A stretch of 64,000 nt of DNA from Octopus sinensis. Its lineage: Eukaryota. Of the stretch, positions 13,379 through 27,629 are shown in pieces. The notes beneath the pieces were generated by a model. The model worked only from the letters and a program-made list of their open reading frames with translations. It was not told where the DNA came from and ran no database searches. The stretch covers positions 21,638,001 to 21,702,000 of the forward strand of contig NC_043021.1 of NCBI RefSeq assembly GCF_006345805.1, read 5' to 3'. Each line of letters opens with the position of its first letter. The first letter of the stretch is position 1. Made by a program: the position numbers and the translations under genes.

Positions 13379-14012
13379 TTAAATACCTGCTGTATTACAG
13401 GGGCCAGCAGGGAGATGGCCATCAGATTGGCTGAGGAAGCAGCAAAAAGCTGCATCAAAGTAGCTGTGGGTCAGTTGATGCAAGCCCTAGAATGGACAGT
13501 GCCACCATGAGTAGTGGTAACTGGATGCATGCTGGGACTTGACCAACCCTGGCTGATTCACCTGGATGAAGGGTGTCTTCTATTGAAAGACCCACAATAC
13601 CTAGTGACTCCAGGAAAACAGCATTGATGATGATGTATCTAGGGCATCGCAGGATGATGTATGGAAAAGCCACTTGTTCTGGGAGTTGATCTTCTCGTCT
13701 TGGTAGAAATTCTCATTTATGTATCTAAGTATATATACTTGTTTGGAAAGTTTCTGATTGAGGCAAACTTTCCAAGGAATGAAACATATTTAAACCAATA
13801 TGTTGATCCATCTGATAATGAATGTCAAAAAGTAAATTAATATATTTCAGTATATATATATCTATGAAAAATGTAAAAAGCCTAAAAACCAAACGATGAA
13901 TAAAATATAGCAGATCTGTCTTGTAAAGTATTATTTTACCAAGATGGGCAATCAGTTTTTCTTGCCATTATACACGGAAAGAGATTATACATGAAGGATA
14001 TTTATACATGTT

Positions 14013-14059
<47 letters not shown>

Positions 14060-14727
14060 ATGCTGCATATGTTTGTGTGCACCACTACACTTATTACGCA
14101 CACGCACACACACACACGCACAGACTACACACATTTAAAAGGATGATGATGATAATGTACATATATATAATGTCAGTTTATGTGTGTGTTTGTATGCACG
14201 TATATGTGTGTGTATGTGTATACATCTAATTATAAATACATATGTATACACACACACACACACAAACTGTGCATGTTTCTGTGTATATAAACACGCACAT
14301 TCACATAGAGACAAACACACACACATATATATATACACACACATACACAGAGCAGGAGAGAAAGAGGGAGGGCAGGAGAGGGAGATTAATAAATAAATAT
14401 ATGCGTATATATTATATGCATGTATACACACACACACAAACATATTTAAGCATACATGTAAATATGTTACTGTGACATATTGCCACGTAAATTCACAAAT
14501 ATGTTTATAGAAAAGAAATTAGCAAGGTGGGTTTATACACTCACACACACACTTGTATACATACGCAAAAAATATATAGTTACACTGAAATATATATATA
14601 TATATATGCACATGAGGTAAAAAGATAGTAGTAACTATATATATATATCTAATATATATATATATATCTATATATATACATATATATAGATCTATATGGA
14701 AAAGATAGAAATATTCATATAAATACA

Positions 14728-14767
<40 letters not shown>

Positions 14768-15880
14768 GCATTTTGTTCTAGATCTTTACATACATAACTT
14801 TGCAATCTTTATCTGCCAGAAAGCTAAATTGACACAAATTATACAAGTTTTCTGTAATGGAACCACATGATTATAACAACAAAAATAACAGAGAGAAAGA
14901 GAAAAAAAAGAAAAAAAACAATAAACAAAAAAACAATACAACTGAAACAGCAAACAACACTGAAAATAGTTGCCTTAGACATGAAACAAATTGAAATAAT
15001 CTTCTGATTTACTGTTGTATGTAAGATGTCATCTTTTTAAACTAAACAACGTATAATCAGAAGCAAAGTGACACCATACGTTATCTTAATATACATATAT
15101 AATTTCCCAGCTATAATTTAACTTGTTCTCTTAAAGACTGAAATAGGGGTTACGATGACCAGACAAACTTGGAACAGATTCTTTCAGCCCACCTGCTCCT
15201 CCACAGCAGCACCACCCCCCACTGCCAACACACCACTGCTCTTCTACCAGCAATGGCAACACCACCACCACAACAACAACAACAGCAATGGCAACAGAAC
15301 CAATACCATTCATGCAACTGTAATCACAGCCACCACAACTGCTCCTATGTCTTACGGTACGGTACGTTTGGAGGGTGGGAGTTTATAAGATGGGTGGGAT
15401 AAAAAGAAATGAGGTGTGGGGGTATCGCGGGGGGGGGGGGGCACCAGAAAGATGTTACCCCTTTCTGTGCACTGGAAGATAGTTCCAATTTTGGGGGTGG
15501 AGCATAAGTACAAGTTAAGGAGAGTAAATACTAGGGAGGAGGTAAATGAGTTTGGGGGAGTAGACATTTCGGATGATATCTCACTTTGTATCCTCTTTTA
15601 TGTGTGCGTTTGTCTATTTTTTTTTTTTATTCCTTTACGTGTCCAACCCAAAGACTGTGGCCATGATACAGCACTTCCAGTGTTTATTAGTACAATTTTT
15701 TGCCTCCTGTTTATTATTTTTGTTTCTTTAATTATTCTGTTTCTATTAAAAAGTGTTTTATTCTTTAAATAATGATGTTAGTTACTGCCCGTAGCCCAGG
15801 CCTATATTGTTATCTGGACACTCATGTCATAAAAATGTATGTTAATGCAGATATTGCATGTATCCAATGGTATGTGTGTG

Positions 15881-15921
<41 letters not shown>

Positions 15922-16079
15922 ACATTCATATACATATATATATATATACATACACATATATGCATATATATATATACACACATACATACATATATGTATA
16001 TATATATACACACAGAACATATATATGTATATATATATCTACACACATACATATATATGTATATATTATACACACATAC

Positions 16080-16114
<35 letters not shown>

Positions 16115-16795
16115 TACATATATACACATATCTATAAGTACACACATATATACAAATATATATACATACACATACAAACAAACACACACACATATATATA
16201 CACAAAAATACACACATATACAAACATACACACATATATATACATATAATATATACATATATGGAAATATACACACATACACAAGCACACATGAAATAGC
16301 GTGATTTAACTGAGTATATTATATAAAAAAAATATAGAATACCTGGTAAGCACCACAAGAAGGGAAACGGGGGAGGAAAAGGGAGAGGAGGGGGTAAAAA
16401 GAAGAAAGGAGTAGCGAAAGATGATGAGGGTGTGGTATATTTCATAAATGGGAAGAGGAAGCCGATATAGAGAAAGGAGTAGTGGAATGTGAGGGGAAGG
16501 AGGAGTGGAATGATATCACATAGGGAAGTGATATATAGTATCTATCATTTTCTACAGAGGAAAAAAAATAAAACAATAAAAAATTAAAAGAAAGCTATGT
16601 ACACTGAGGTGTGGTGGTGGTGGTGATGACGAAGGTGGTGTTCTTATCTGGAAGACACACACACAGACATTAAAGGAGATTATAGAATTCAAAGTTAGAA
16701 TGGGAAATTTATATGTGTGTGTGTTGTGTGTGTGTGTGTATACACACAGATGTATGTTGGTAAAAATGCACACATTTGCATACATATATACATAC

Positions 16796-16830
<35 letters not shown>

Positions 16831-16850
16831 AACACATATGTATATATACA

Positions 16851-16888
<38 letters not shown>

Positions 16889-16915
16889 CATACACACAAA
16901 TGAATGTAACTATGA

Positions 16916-16960
<45 letters not shown>

Positions 16961-17081
16961 TACACACACACACACACATACATACAAACAGATATAAATA
17001 TATTTATATATAAAAATCGCAAAATATTGCTTCTCATATACGTGTATATACAGCAAAAAAATCTACACACGCACACACATA

Positions 17082-17130
<49 letters not shown>

Positions 17131-18225
17131 TCAACATCACACCATATTTCATCGTCAATGTATGAAAATTGAAAAATAAGGAAAAAATATTTTGATAGCG
17201 AAAAGAATTCTTATAAAAATTTAAAAAAAGAAATAAAAACAACAGCAAAAAGTCTTTGACATTACAAGAGGAAGAGCAATTGAGAATGGAAATTAGCAAC
17301 ACATGAAACTGATAGACATAGAATCAGGGAAAGGTTTATGATATGGGTTGATGAAGGGGACAAAGGAATCGGTGAAAATAATAGGGGAGAGAGGTTGTGA
17401 GGGATTTGGAGAGGATTAAAGTTAAGAAAAGATATGGAAACTGAAAATGAAAGTGGAGAGCAATAGATTAAAAAAGTGGGTGTGTACGTGTGTGTGTGTG
17501 AAGTAATGAGAGAGGAGAGGGGGGGTAAGAAAAAGGTAAGGATTGCGTTATGAGTAAAAAATAGACTGAAGAAGTGAAGAAGGCATGAGAAATAAGGAGG
17601 GAGTGTTGAGAAAAAGAGAGGTAATGACAGAGAGAGAGAAATGGAGAGTGGCAGATAGATAGGGAATTGATAGAGAGGGAGTGAGAGAAGGAAAAGTGAC
17701 TGAAAAGGGAGAAGAGAGAGGAGGACGTGAGCAAGAGTGGGGTAGTGTAATAGAAGTGGTGTGAGAAGGAGAACTAAGAAAAGGGATGAGCAAGAAAGAG
17801 AAAGTGAGGAAGAGGGAGAATGAAAGAGAGAGAGAGAGAGAGAGAGCTAGAGTGAGAGACAGACAGACAGAATAATTGAGAGAAATTGAATGACAAAAAG
17901 ACAGATAGAGGAGAGAGAGAGAGGGGGGAGAGAAAGTGGGCAGGAAAGAGAGAAAAGGAATGACAGATAGATGATGTGACACTGAGAGACAGGATCGTCA
18001 CAAATGGGATACCTTTAATCATGGGTCTGCTTGATTAGGGCTGACCTGGGGCTGATCAACAGCAACAATTACTGGTTGCCCAGTAAAGCATAAAACTATC
18101 TCAACAGAGTTTATCCAACCGAAGAAAGAATTATTATTATCAATGTAATTGACTTGCTCTCTCCCCTTAAAACTGCTGGCCTTTTGCAAAAAATTAGGTA
18201 GAATTATTATTATTATTATTATTAT

Positions 18226-18257
<32 letters not shown>

Positions 18258-19059
18258 CATTGTTGTTGTTGTTGTTAAGGCAGTGAGCTGGCAGAATCAT
18301 TAGCACACTGAACAAAATGCTTAGCGATATTTCATCCGTTTTTACATTTTGAGTTCAAGTTCTGCCAAGGTCGACTTTTATCTTTCATCTGTTTCAGGGG
18401 CGATAAAATAAATACCAGCTGAACATTCAATGACAGTCAATTCAGCACATTAGTGATTTTTTTCCTAAACTGCATGCTTAAGAAAATATCATGTGACGTA
18501 CCATACCCTTGTGCAAGGTAAAGTATGATTTAAAGAGAGATTTAACTTCCTTTTCTAGAAGATCAAGTAGAGACAGGGCCAGTGCTAGGAAATATGGGAT
18601 CCCTTTAGAGAATTGTTAGTGGAGTTCTGTACTCTACAAAAGCTGAAGACCAGATACTAGTCATATTAGTGACACCCTATCACTAGCAATTTATCTTTTC
18701 CTAAATTCCCCCACTTTTATGTAAGTTTTGGGGGGTTGTGTATCTTCTCCATAGCAAGATACCTCTACCTCTGTTTGACTCTGGTATAAAATCATCTCTC
18801 TACCCACTCAAATACTACCCCCATTTAGTCGAGAGGGGATTTTCTCTCTTTTCCCTTTAATTGTTCTGTCTTTTCTTGCAAGTTACCTGGCAACCCCAAA
18901 AGTGCTAGTTACACTGTACACTGCAAAGTGGTTGGTGTTAGGAAGGGCAACCAGTCATAGGAACCATACCAAAGCCAATGTGGAGCATGGTGCAGCCCTG
19001 GGGGTCACAAGAACATGTCAAACTGTTCGACACATGCCTGCATGGAAAACAGATGTTAA

Positions 19060-19091
<32 letters not shown>

Positions 19092-19727
19092 GGTGATCAA
19101 AACAAAAAGCTAGAAGATACAACAGCCACAACATTGCAGGTATAACAGCCAAGTCAAGAACACTAATCTGAATGTATTAGCATCTAAGAATGGTAATTCC
19201 ACATTCAAGAAGTTCAGACAAAGTAGATGTATATGAAAAATATACACCGCCGGAAGTTGTTGTTGACAAACAACAGCAGTGATTTTATTCAGCTGAATAC
19301 ATATCATTGATTGGTTGAAATTACCGAAATACGACAACTTTAACACGAAATAACTTTGAAAATAGAAACTTTTCTCAACAACGCTAAGAGTAAAAGATGT
19401 TTTATATGACACATTCTACCAGTGTTCGAAGTTTGAAAGTGTTTAGTTACAAAATACTAATTTCTCGATCTGCCATTGAAAGGGAAAAGATCCGAAAAAT
19501 AAAGAAGAAGATGGTCTTGGTTGGAATATTATTGGTCAAAGATGTGCCTGCTCAACCAAGCTTGACCTGGGGCAAAACAAAAAAATCTATAACAAAAATA
19601 ACAGAGTCTCTAAAGCAGTGTTTCTCAACCATTTTCTTCCCTACAGACCCCTCTGATTCCTGTTTTGCTCTACTGGGCCCTCTTGGCTATGTTTTAAGAA
19701 ATCCTACCATATTCATATAACATTATT

Positions 19728-20299
19728 AGGGAATAATAAATCTCTGAACAAGATGTAAACAGTAACTGCTCGACAACGTAAAGTATACTAGCCATCTCAA
19801 TATGGCTAACCACAAAGGGTGGGTGTTACTGTAGCTTTAAGCCCCAGATCATCGTCTCCAGCTGGCTTTAGGCACACTTTCTGTGCCCTTATGGCATTTG
19901 CAAAGGGAGGTCATCCCTCTCTCGTAAACCTAAGTGACACACACGGACTGCAGTTTCTAGGTATTTGCCTGTCTTCGGCGTACGGCAGTCACCAGTTTAT
20001 GATGAAAGGGAGACCTGTCTGCAAATACTTATGGGTTTTTCTAGTAACTTCCGTCACTGATTTCGTAAAACTGTCTGCAGGGAATAATAAATCTCTGAAC
20101 GAGATGTAAACAGTAATTCCTCGACAACATGAAGTATACTAGCCATCTCAATATGGCTAACCACTAAGGGTGGGTGTTACTTTAGCTTTTAGCCCCAGGA
20201 GGTCATCGTCTCCAGCTGACGTTAGACACACTTTCTGTGCCCTTGTGATATTTGCAAAGGGAGGTCATCCCTCTCTTGTAAACCTAAGTGATACGCAAG
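19728..20299 (-). repeat. 351-bp non-coding tandem repeat (1.6 units) carrying a hammerhead; retrozyme or pseudo-LTR-like
   Basis: 19728-20078 is repeated from 20079 to about 20299. HHR lies at 19934-19992. Confidence 0.75.
19934..19992 (-). ncRNA. Type I hammerhead with extended stem I, C4 variant
   Basis: GUGAC-UGC-CGUACG CCGAAGA CAGG-CAAAUA-CCUA GAAAC-UGCA-GUC CGUGUG-U-GUCAC. Predicted cut between 19946 and 19945. The first stem II pair is a C.A mismatch. Confidence 0.7.
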
Positions 20300-20538
20300 A
20301 AAAAGAACAGTGTGGTCACATCTGGAACATGTTTTATTTGCGGGATCAGAGAAGACATGAGATGAAACAACAAGAACAGCCTAAAGACAATGTGTTGGTC
20401 TCTGACATTATGTTTCTTAGAGAATTATTCTTTTTTCAGAGTTTTATTCTTGGAAACAATGCTTGAATGGTGACTTTTATCTATTTCGTTTCATTTCTTG
20501 CTGCCTACACAAATCAACTTCACAGCATATATATATAT

Positions 20539-20572
<34 letters not shown>

Positions 20573-20757
20573 AATATAAATTAAATTAGAGATAAAACCA
20601 CTATCAGGCAAATCAAACAGTGAAAAACATAAACCAAACATAGAAATAAAATTAATTAATATAATATACAAAATATATAAAATATAAAATATAAAATTAA
20701 AATTTAAATCATTTAAATTTAAAGTTAAAAATAAAAATTATTAATCTATATTTATAA

Positions 20758-20806
<49 letters not shown>

Positions 20807-20920
20807 TATCTTTATTTATTTTTTTATTTATTTATTTTATCTTTATTTATTTATTTTTTTATTAAATATACATAACTATCAAAAAGTATTAAAAAGTTTA
20901 ATATAAGATAAAAAGTAAAA

Positions 20921-20936
20921 CCACTACGATCGTTTC
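20921..20936 (-). other. 3' half of a hammerhead motif
   Basis: Minus strand GAAAC-GAUC-GUA-GUGG with palindromic stem III. No upstream CUGANGA core is left. Confidence 0.35.
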
Positions 20937-21045
20937 CTGCCCATAATCTAATTCGAATAACAATAATTTAAATTCAATGAATTATATATATATATACATA
21001 TATATATAATACACATAACCTATATCATCATATGTTAGATTTATA

Positions 21046-21551
21046 TCTATATATATAAAACTCTAGTTGTGTGAGTGTCTGTCCCCTTCGATTTAGATTC
21101 CTAACTACTCCCACATTTTGCGGTGCAGTTTAACCAAATTCGGGTATCTTATAGTCGTGATTAATATCAAGCCCGTCTGGCTATTAGCGCGCGTCAACGA
21201 TGAGTCTACGATTTTTAAAATAATTTAACATCATTTTTTATTCCATTTTAATGCATAAAATGCATCGTATGTCGATGGCGGCGGAGTTGGCGTCCACGCT
21301 CACAGCTGCACCTGTTTGCTTCTCCCCCTTCCCTCCCTCGTGAAGCTGTGGGGAAGGGAGTGTAAAGAAATCAACGTCGTAATGCGTAGTGAAGGAGACC
21401 AGCGTTCTTTTAGAACAACGACTTCATGGCTTGAAGACACCAAAACAAAAATGGCTAAGAAAGCCCGAATTTATAAGGGAAGTAACTCTCTAAAAATGCT
21501 TATATAGTTATTTCCCTTACAAACCCGAGCAATGCCGGGCGATACTGCTAG
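21046..21551 (+). mobile_element. Non-autonomous Helitron, long form
   Basis: A|TCTATATATATAAAA start; 3' hairpin CCCGAGCAATGCCGGG followed by CTAG|T. Both ends are shared with 9419-9720, with about 200 bp of extra internal sequence. Confidence 0.85.
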
Positions 21552-22752
21552 TATATATATATATATATAAATCCAATATGATTTTCATACAGGTTGTGTG
21601 CATGCATAAACATGATAGATAGATAGATAGATAGATGGATAGATGGATAGTAGAAGAGGATGTAAAATTATTAGTAGTTAAAATATATGCATACATAAAC
21701 ACATATCATAAGTGTGTATACGTATACACACAAAGTGACACACATAGATCTATATACATGCATATATATATATGCATATATATATATATATGTATGTATA
21801 TATATATATACAAGTGTGGGAGGCATAGTTCATTAATAGCTACTTCAATGATAGAAACTAAACATGAAGATGGGAAGTCACACAAACCCACTCAAGAAGA
21901 AGAAGAAGAGGAGGGGGGAGAAGAAGAAGAAGAAGTAGAATTAAAAGAAGAAAAAGAAAAAGAAAAAGTAGAAAAAGACGAAGAAGAAGAAAAAGAAGAA
22001 GAAGGATGATGATGATGATGAAGATCAACAACAACAGAAAAAAAAAACACAAGTAGATGTTGCTGTTGCTGTTGTTACTGCTGCTAACAAATGCTTAAAG
22101 TTATTATCAATCTATGAGGGCAAGAACAAAAGAAACACTAGATTAGTTTTTTCGCTGTGTTGAGCCATTACGAAAATATAATTAACATTCTTATACATAC
22201 ACATGTCTTTAAAGACATACCTACATACACACATACTTACATATGCATGTGTGAATGTATACATACATACAAATACACACACATATGCAAGTGTCTCCTC
22301 TCTATATACATGTCCGAATGTATATGTGTGTTCATATACACACACATACACACATATATATGTCCATATCTATATAAACACCTACGCATATTAAAAGGCT
22401 TTTGCTGACCTACACACACAGATTTATGTGTAGATTGGTAAGCAGAATAGCTTTTAGTGCATACATGTAAGTATAAAGACATGTTTTATATATAGGTGTA
22501 CTTTAGGTTGGTTAAAATATGTTTGTGACTTATTTCAACTCCTAAAAGCAAATTCACTGCTGTTACTACGAAGAAGAAAATTCTTTCTTACTGTAAAAAA
22601 TGTAAAACCACCTCATTTGCCCAGTGTTTCCCTGAGTCAGATTACTAGGTGCAGCTTTTCTAACTATTTAGCCTTTCTCAATGGGAAATAACAAAAAAAA
22701 AAAGGTAACATTGGCCAGATTTAAAGCCATAGTTTTAACTAATAAACAATAT

Positions 22753-23093
22753 AGGCGCAGGAGTGGCTGTGTGGTAAGTAGCTTGCTAACCAACCACATG
22801 GTTCTGGGTTCAGTCCCACTGGGCAAGTGTCTTCTGTTATAGCCCCGGGCCGACCAATGCCTTGTGAGTGGATTTGGTAGACGGAAGCTGAAAGAAGCCT
22901 GTCGTATATATATATATGTATATAAATATATATATATATATGTGTGTGTGTGTGTTTGTGTGTTGGTGTTTGTTCCCCTAGCATTGCTTGACAACCGATG
23001 CTGGTGTGTTTACATCCCCGTCACTTAGCGGTTCGGCAAAAGAGGCTGATAGAATAAGTACTGGGCTTACAAAGAATAAGTCCCGGGGTCGAT
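22753..23093 (+). mobile_element. CORE-type SINE, 3'-truncated
   Basis: Family match. Confidence 0.8.
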
Positions 23094-23534
23094 TTCATCA
23101 TGAACAAAAAGTATCTAAAATATTCAGTGTGGGAAGTCTGTTAAATCCATTTGAGTAACATGGAGAAATTGGAACAGCAATCAAGCAAGGTGATAGTGAA
23201 AGTGAGGCTTGTAGCAAACCTCATAGAAGACACACACACACATAAACACACAAACTCGTGTGTGTGTGTTTGCATGGTGGTGCTGTAAGCTACAGGATCT
23301 TAGAAAGGTCCAGCTGTAGAAATAATAAACAAAGTGTAAACCCATGCGACAACTGAACCTGCAAAGAATATCACCGAGATGTTAATTCAAACCAATAAGG
23401 CTGTCCATCTTGCTAGAAATAATAGCAGCCAAATCCCTTGCAAATTATGCCTTACTGATAGACTGTTCATTGGAAGGCAATGAAATTGCTTGTTTTGCCC
23501 GTTGTACTATAACAATTCTGCCAGCTCATTGCCT

Positions 23535-23567
<33 letters not shown>

Positions 23568-24047
23568 CAGCAGCAGTAGTAGTAGTTGTAGTAGCAGCCG
23601 GTCAAGAATTTGGACGTGGAGATCTCCATTTCCAGCAACTTTGAGGGCCACCTCCCAGTGGTGTCGGGCGCCAATGAAGAGCCCTCGACTACAACAAGAC
23701 GACCAAAGTTTTTTTTTTTCCAAGGTCTAGGGTCTCCCGCCCCTAAGCCCTAGACCCTCATCTAATCACCCTTACCCATCTTGTTGCTTAACAACAACAA
23801 CAACAGCAGCAGCAGCAGCAGTAATTTTATCAAATATTTTGTAAAAAGGTCAGCAATTTTAAGAAGAGGGAGCCAGCCAATTACATTGAGCCCAGTACTT
23901 TGACTGGCTCTTTATTTCATCAAAGCCTAAAAGGATGGAAGTCAACGTTCACCACAGCAGAATTTGAACCCAGAACATAAAGAACCAGAAGAAATGCTGC
24001 CAAGCATTTTGTCCAATGCACCAATGAACCTGCCAGCTCACCACTTT

Positions 24048-24335
<288 letters not shown>

Positions 24336-24717
24336 CTTTTCTACTGAAGTCACAAGGCTTGAAATTTGGTAGGAAGGGGCAAAGTCAAATTCCGCCGAGG
24401 TCGACTTTGCCTTTCATCCTTTCGAGGTCAATAAATTAGGTACCAGTTGCGCACTGGGATCAATATAATCGACTTAATCCCTTTGTCTGTCCTTGTTTGT
24501 CCAGTCTGTGTTTAGCCCCTTGTGGGTAGTAAAGAAATAGGAAGGGGCTAGTTGATTACATCAACCCCAGTGTTTCACTGGTACTTAATTCATCGACCCC
24601 GGAAGGATGAATGGAATTTGAACTCAAAATGTAGCGACAGGCAAAATCTTGCCTGGCATGCTAACGATTCTTCCAGCTTGCCACCTAAATAATAATAATA
24701 ATAATAATATTAATAAA

Positions 24718-24764
<47 letters not shown>

Positions 24765-24825
24765 TAATAATAGTAATAATAATAATAATAAAAATAATAA
24801 TAATAAAAATAATAATAATAATAAT

Positions 24826-25243
24826 AGGCGCAGGAGTGGCTGTGTGGTAAGTAGCTTGCTAACCAACCACATGGTTCCGGGTTCAGTCCCACTGCGTGGC
24901 ATCTTGGGCAAGTGTCTTCTGCTATAGCCCCGGGCCGACCAATGCCTTGTGAGTGGATTTGGTGGACAGAAACTGAAAGAAGCCTGTCGTATATATGTAT
25001 ATATATATATGTATGTATATGTGTTTGTGTGTCTGTGTTTGTCCCCCTAGCATTGCTTGACAACCGATGCTGGTGTGTTTACGTCCCCGTCACTTAGCGG
25101 CTTGGCAAAAGAGACCGATAGAATAAGTACTGGGCTTACAAAAGAATAAGTCCCGGGGTCGAGTTGCTCAACTAAAGGCGGTGCTCCAGCATGGTCGCAG
25201 TCAAACGACTGAAACAACTAAAAGAGTAAAAGAGGGTAAAGAG
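24826..25243 (+). mobile_element. CORE-type SINE, full length
   Basis: Family match. Confidence 0.85.
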
Positions 25244-25411
25244 TAATAATAAATATAAATAATTTGGGAAAATAAATTTCCAAATCATTCAGGTGTAACC
25301 CTACAGTGTTATATGCATCTATATATCTATATCTTACTTTGGGGTCTTATTTATCATATATTTGTATATTTATCTATAAATATACAAAGTATCTGATAAA
25401 AGTCAATATTC

Positions 25412-25552
25412 AATTTTGGGGGATCAATCGATATGCGGGTGTTGTATTTCAGATAATACAAAAAAATAGAATACCCACTTTATACACATTAGGTTATTTT
25501 TATATTATCTGAAATAGAATACCCGCTTATCGATTAACCCCCCACAAAATTT
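25412..25552. repeat. Imperfect inverted repeat (fold-back), ~54-bp arms
   Basis: ATTTTGGGGGATCAATCGATATGCGGGT...CAGATAAT pairs with ATTATCTG...ACCCGCTTATCGATTAACCCCCCACAAAAT. Confidence 0.75.
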
Positions 25553-27134
25553 AATAATAATAATAATAATAATAATTCTTTCTACTGTAAGTACAAGGCC
25601 TGAAATTGTAGGGGAGGGGGCCAGTCACTTGCATCGACCTCATTTCATAACCGGTGCTTATTTCATTGATCACAAGGGGATGAACGGCAAAATCAACCTT
25701 GGCAGAATTTGAACTTTGAATGTGATGATGGATGGAGCATTTCGCCTGGTGTGCTAACAATTCTGCCAGAAATAATAACGATGACGATGACATGAATAAA
25801 AATATATACAGAAGGAAAAAAATAAACGGCAGTGGTTGTGCTCCAGTGTGGCTTTAACTGCAGTGAATTATTAAAAGAACTTAATCATAAACAACACTGT
25901 GACTTGAAACCTCGGGGGAATTACTCAGAACTGTTCTGACATCACCAGAAAATTAACAGCCAGTGACGCCAACGGTGCTCTCAGCAATTCACTATATCTT
26001 ATTAAAAGAGTTAATTGTTTTTCTGCTGACCATGAGAAACTTCATTATCGAGGACTAATGGACTGTCATAGGCAGAAATTACACGGTGCTGCTTCTTGAT
26101 AATATTAGAGAGCAGAAAGAAGAAAAATCTCCCTTGAGTCTCAAACACACTCCAAGTTTTAACTGGCTTCAAAGAATTCTTGGGAGCCATACAAAATTCC
26201 CCTTTAATTATAAAACAGTTGCCAACATTGTTTATTAAACTGTGGGCGTGAGTTGGAAACACACAAGATTCAGACAATTAAACACTGAGATTCCAACATG
26301 TCTTTGCAAACTTCCAATCCCGGTTAAAGCTGTCTTACCACTTACGATACAATCGTGATTGGATAGAACTATGATGGAAAGCAGTCCAGCCATGACCCTA
26401 TCATCTTTTTGTACTTCTATGACTACAGTGTTCGAGGTGTCCTTCGTTATTTCTAGCACATTAAGCAAGCATAATTTAATTCTTTAATTAAGGACTTTGA
26501 TTCCTCTTTCATTCTTATTCTTTTACTTGTTTCAAGCATTTGACTGTGACCATGCTGGAGCACTGCCTTGAATAGTTTTAGTTGAACAAATCAACCCCAG
26601 GACTTATTCTGTAAGCCCAGTGCTTATTCTGTCGGTCTCTTTTGCTGAACTGCTAAGTTACAGGGATGTTAACACACCAACGCCAGTTGTCAAGTGGTGA
26701 TGGGAGACAGGGGCAAACACAGACACAGGCACACACACACACATATGACAGGCTTCTTTCAGTTTCCGTCTACCAAATCCACTCACTAGACATTGGTTGG
26801 CCCGAGGACATAGCAGAAGGCATGTCACACAGTGGGACTGAACCCAGAGCGATGTGGTTGGGAAGCAAGCTTCTTACTACACAGCCATACCTGAGTATGT
26901 ATCTTTTATCTTTTTCTTGTTTCAGTCATTAGACTGCGACCATGCTTGGGCACTGCCTTGAAGAATCTTCAGGTGAATGAATTGGCCCCAGTACTTATTT
27001 TATCACTCTCTTGTGCTGAACTGCTAAGTTATAAGATGCAAACACAACAATACCATTTGTCAACTGATGGTGGGAGAGAAACACAGACATGAAGACAGAC
27101 AGACAAACATATATATATATATATATATATATAT

Positions 27135-27515
27135 CTGATCAGATTCATCCTATGATTGCAGAACTGTTTCTGCAGGGAAATACAAACTTTCAGGATGATA
27201 ATGCACCAATTGACACAGCTAAAGTTGTTACTGAATGGCCACTACAGTCCCCAGATCTCAATATTATCGAACATTTATGGTACATTTTAGAAAAACAAGT
27301 AAGGAGTCGATATCCTCCATCAACATTACTACAAGAACTGCAGACTGTTTTAGTGGAAGAATGGACAGAAATTCCTTTGGAAACAATTCAGACTTTGTAC
27401 GAGTCCATATCTCATAGAATTCAACCTGTAATTACTGCTAAAGGTGGTCCTACCCCATATTAAAATTAATTTGTTTGAAATTTTAAGGGGTTTCCATTAT
27501 TTTGTCCAACCCCTG
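27135..27515 (+). mobile_element. Tc1-family transposon 3' fragment (transposase C-terminus and right TIR)
   Basis: FQDDNAPI...QSPDLNIIEHLW...AKGGPTPY* with an internal deletion between the second D and the E motif. Ends TTTTGTCCAACCCCTG|TA. Confidence 0.85.
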
Positions 27516-27629
27516 TATATAGACAAAATACACTATGTGCTTATATAGGTAGGGGGGGAGAGATTTTTAAAGGGATGAAATGGGGGGGGGGGAAGAAGCC
27601 AGTGCAATGGTGAAGTTAGAAATTTTAGG

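Larger units (their letters stand above)
12660..13640 (+). mobile_element. 3' end of a HERO-like (R2 superfamily, RLE) retrotransposon, decayed and split by a ~500-bp insertion
   Basis: LELSVP (compare LELTVPWE) and VRCRGFASQYLCRAYTCLG-IT end at 12891. The frame resumes at 13394 with ITGASREMAIRLAEEAAK. ATTACA is duplicated at 12886-12891 and 13394-13399. A 3' UTR-like segment follows. Assignment is from recalled HERO C-terminal motifs. Confidence 0.6.

Noticed and set aside
19614-19720. hAT/Charlie-like TIR CAGTGTTTCTCAACC
   Set aside because: Only one end was found and no 8-bp TSD, so it cannot be delimited as an element.
19860-19905. Second hammerhead-like string in the 351-bp unit (minus strand UUGCAAA...GAAAGUGUG)
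   Set aside because: The core is mismatched, there are extra bases before GAAA, and no stem I pairing is possible.
25860-26480. Unique-looking segment with two short minus-strand ORFs
   Set aside because: No recognisable domain in any frame and stops in all frames. Needs blastx; not supportable as a CDS.
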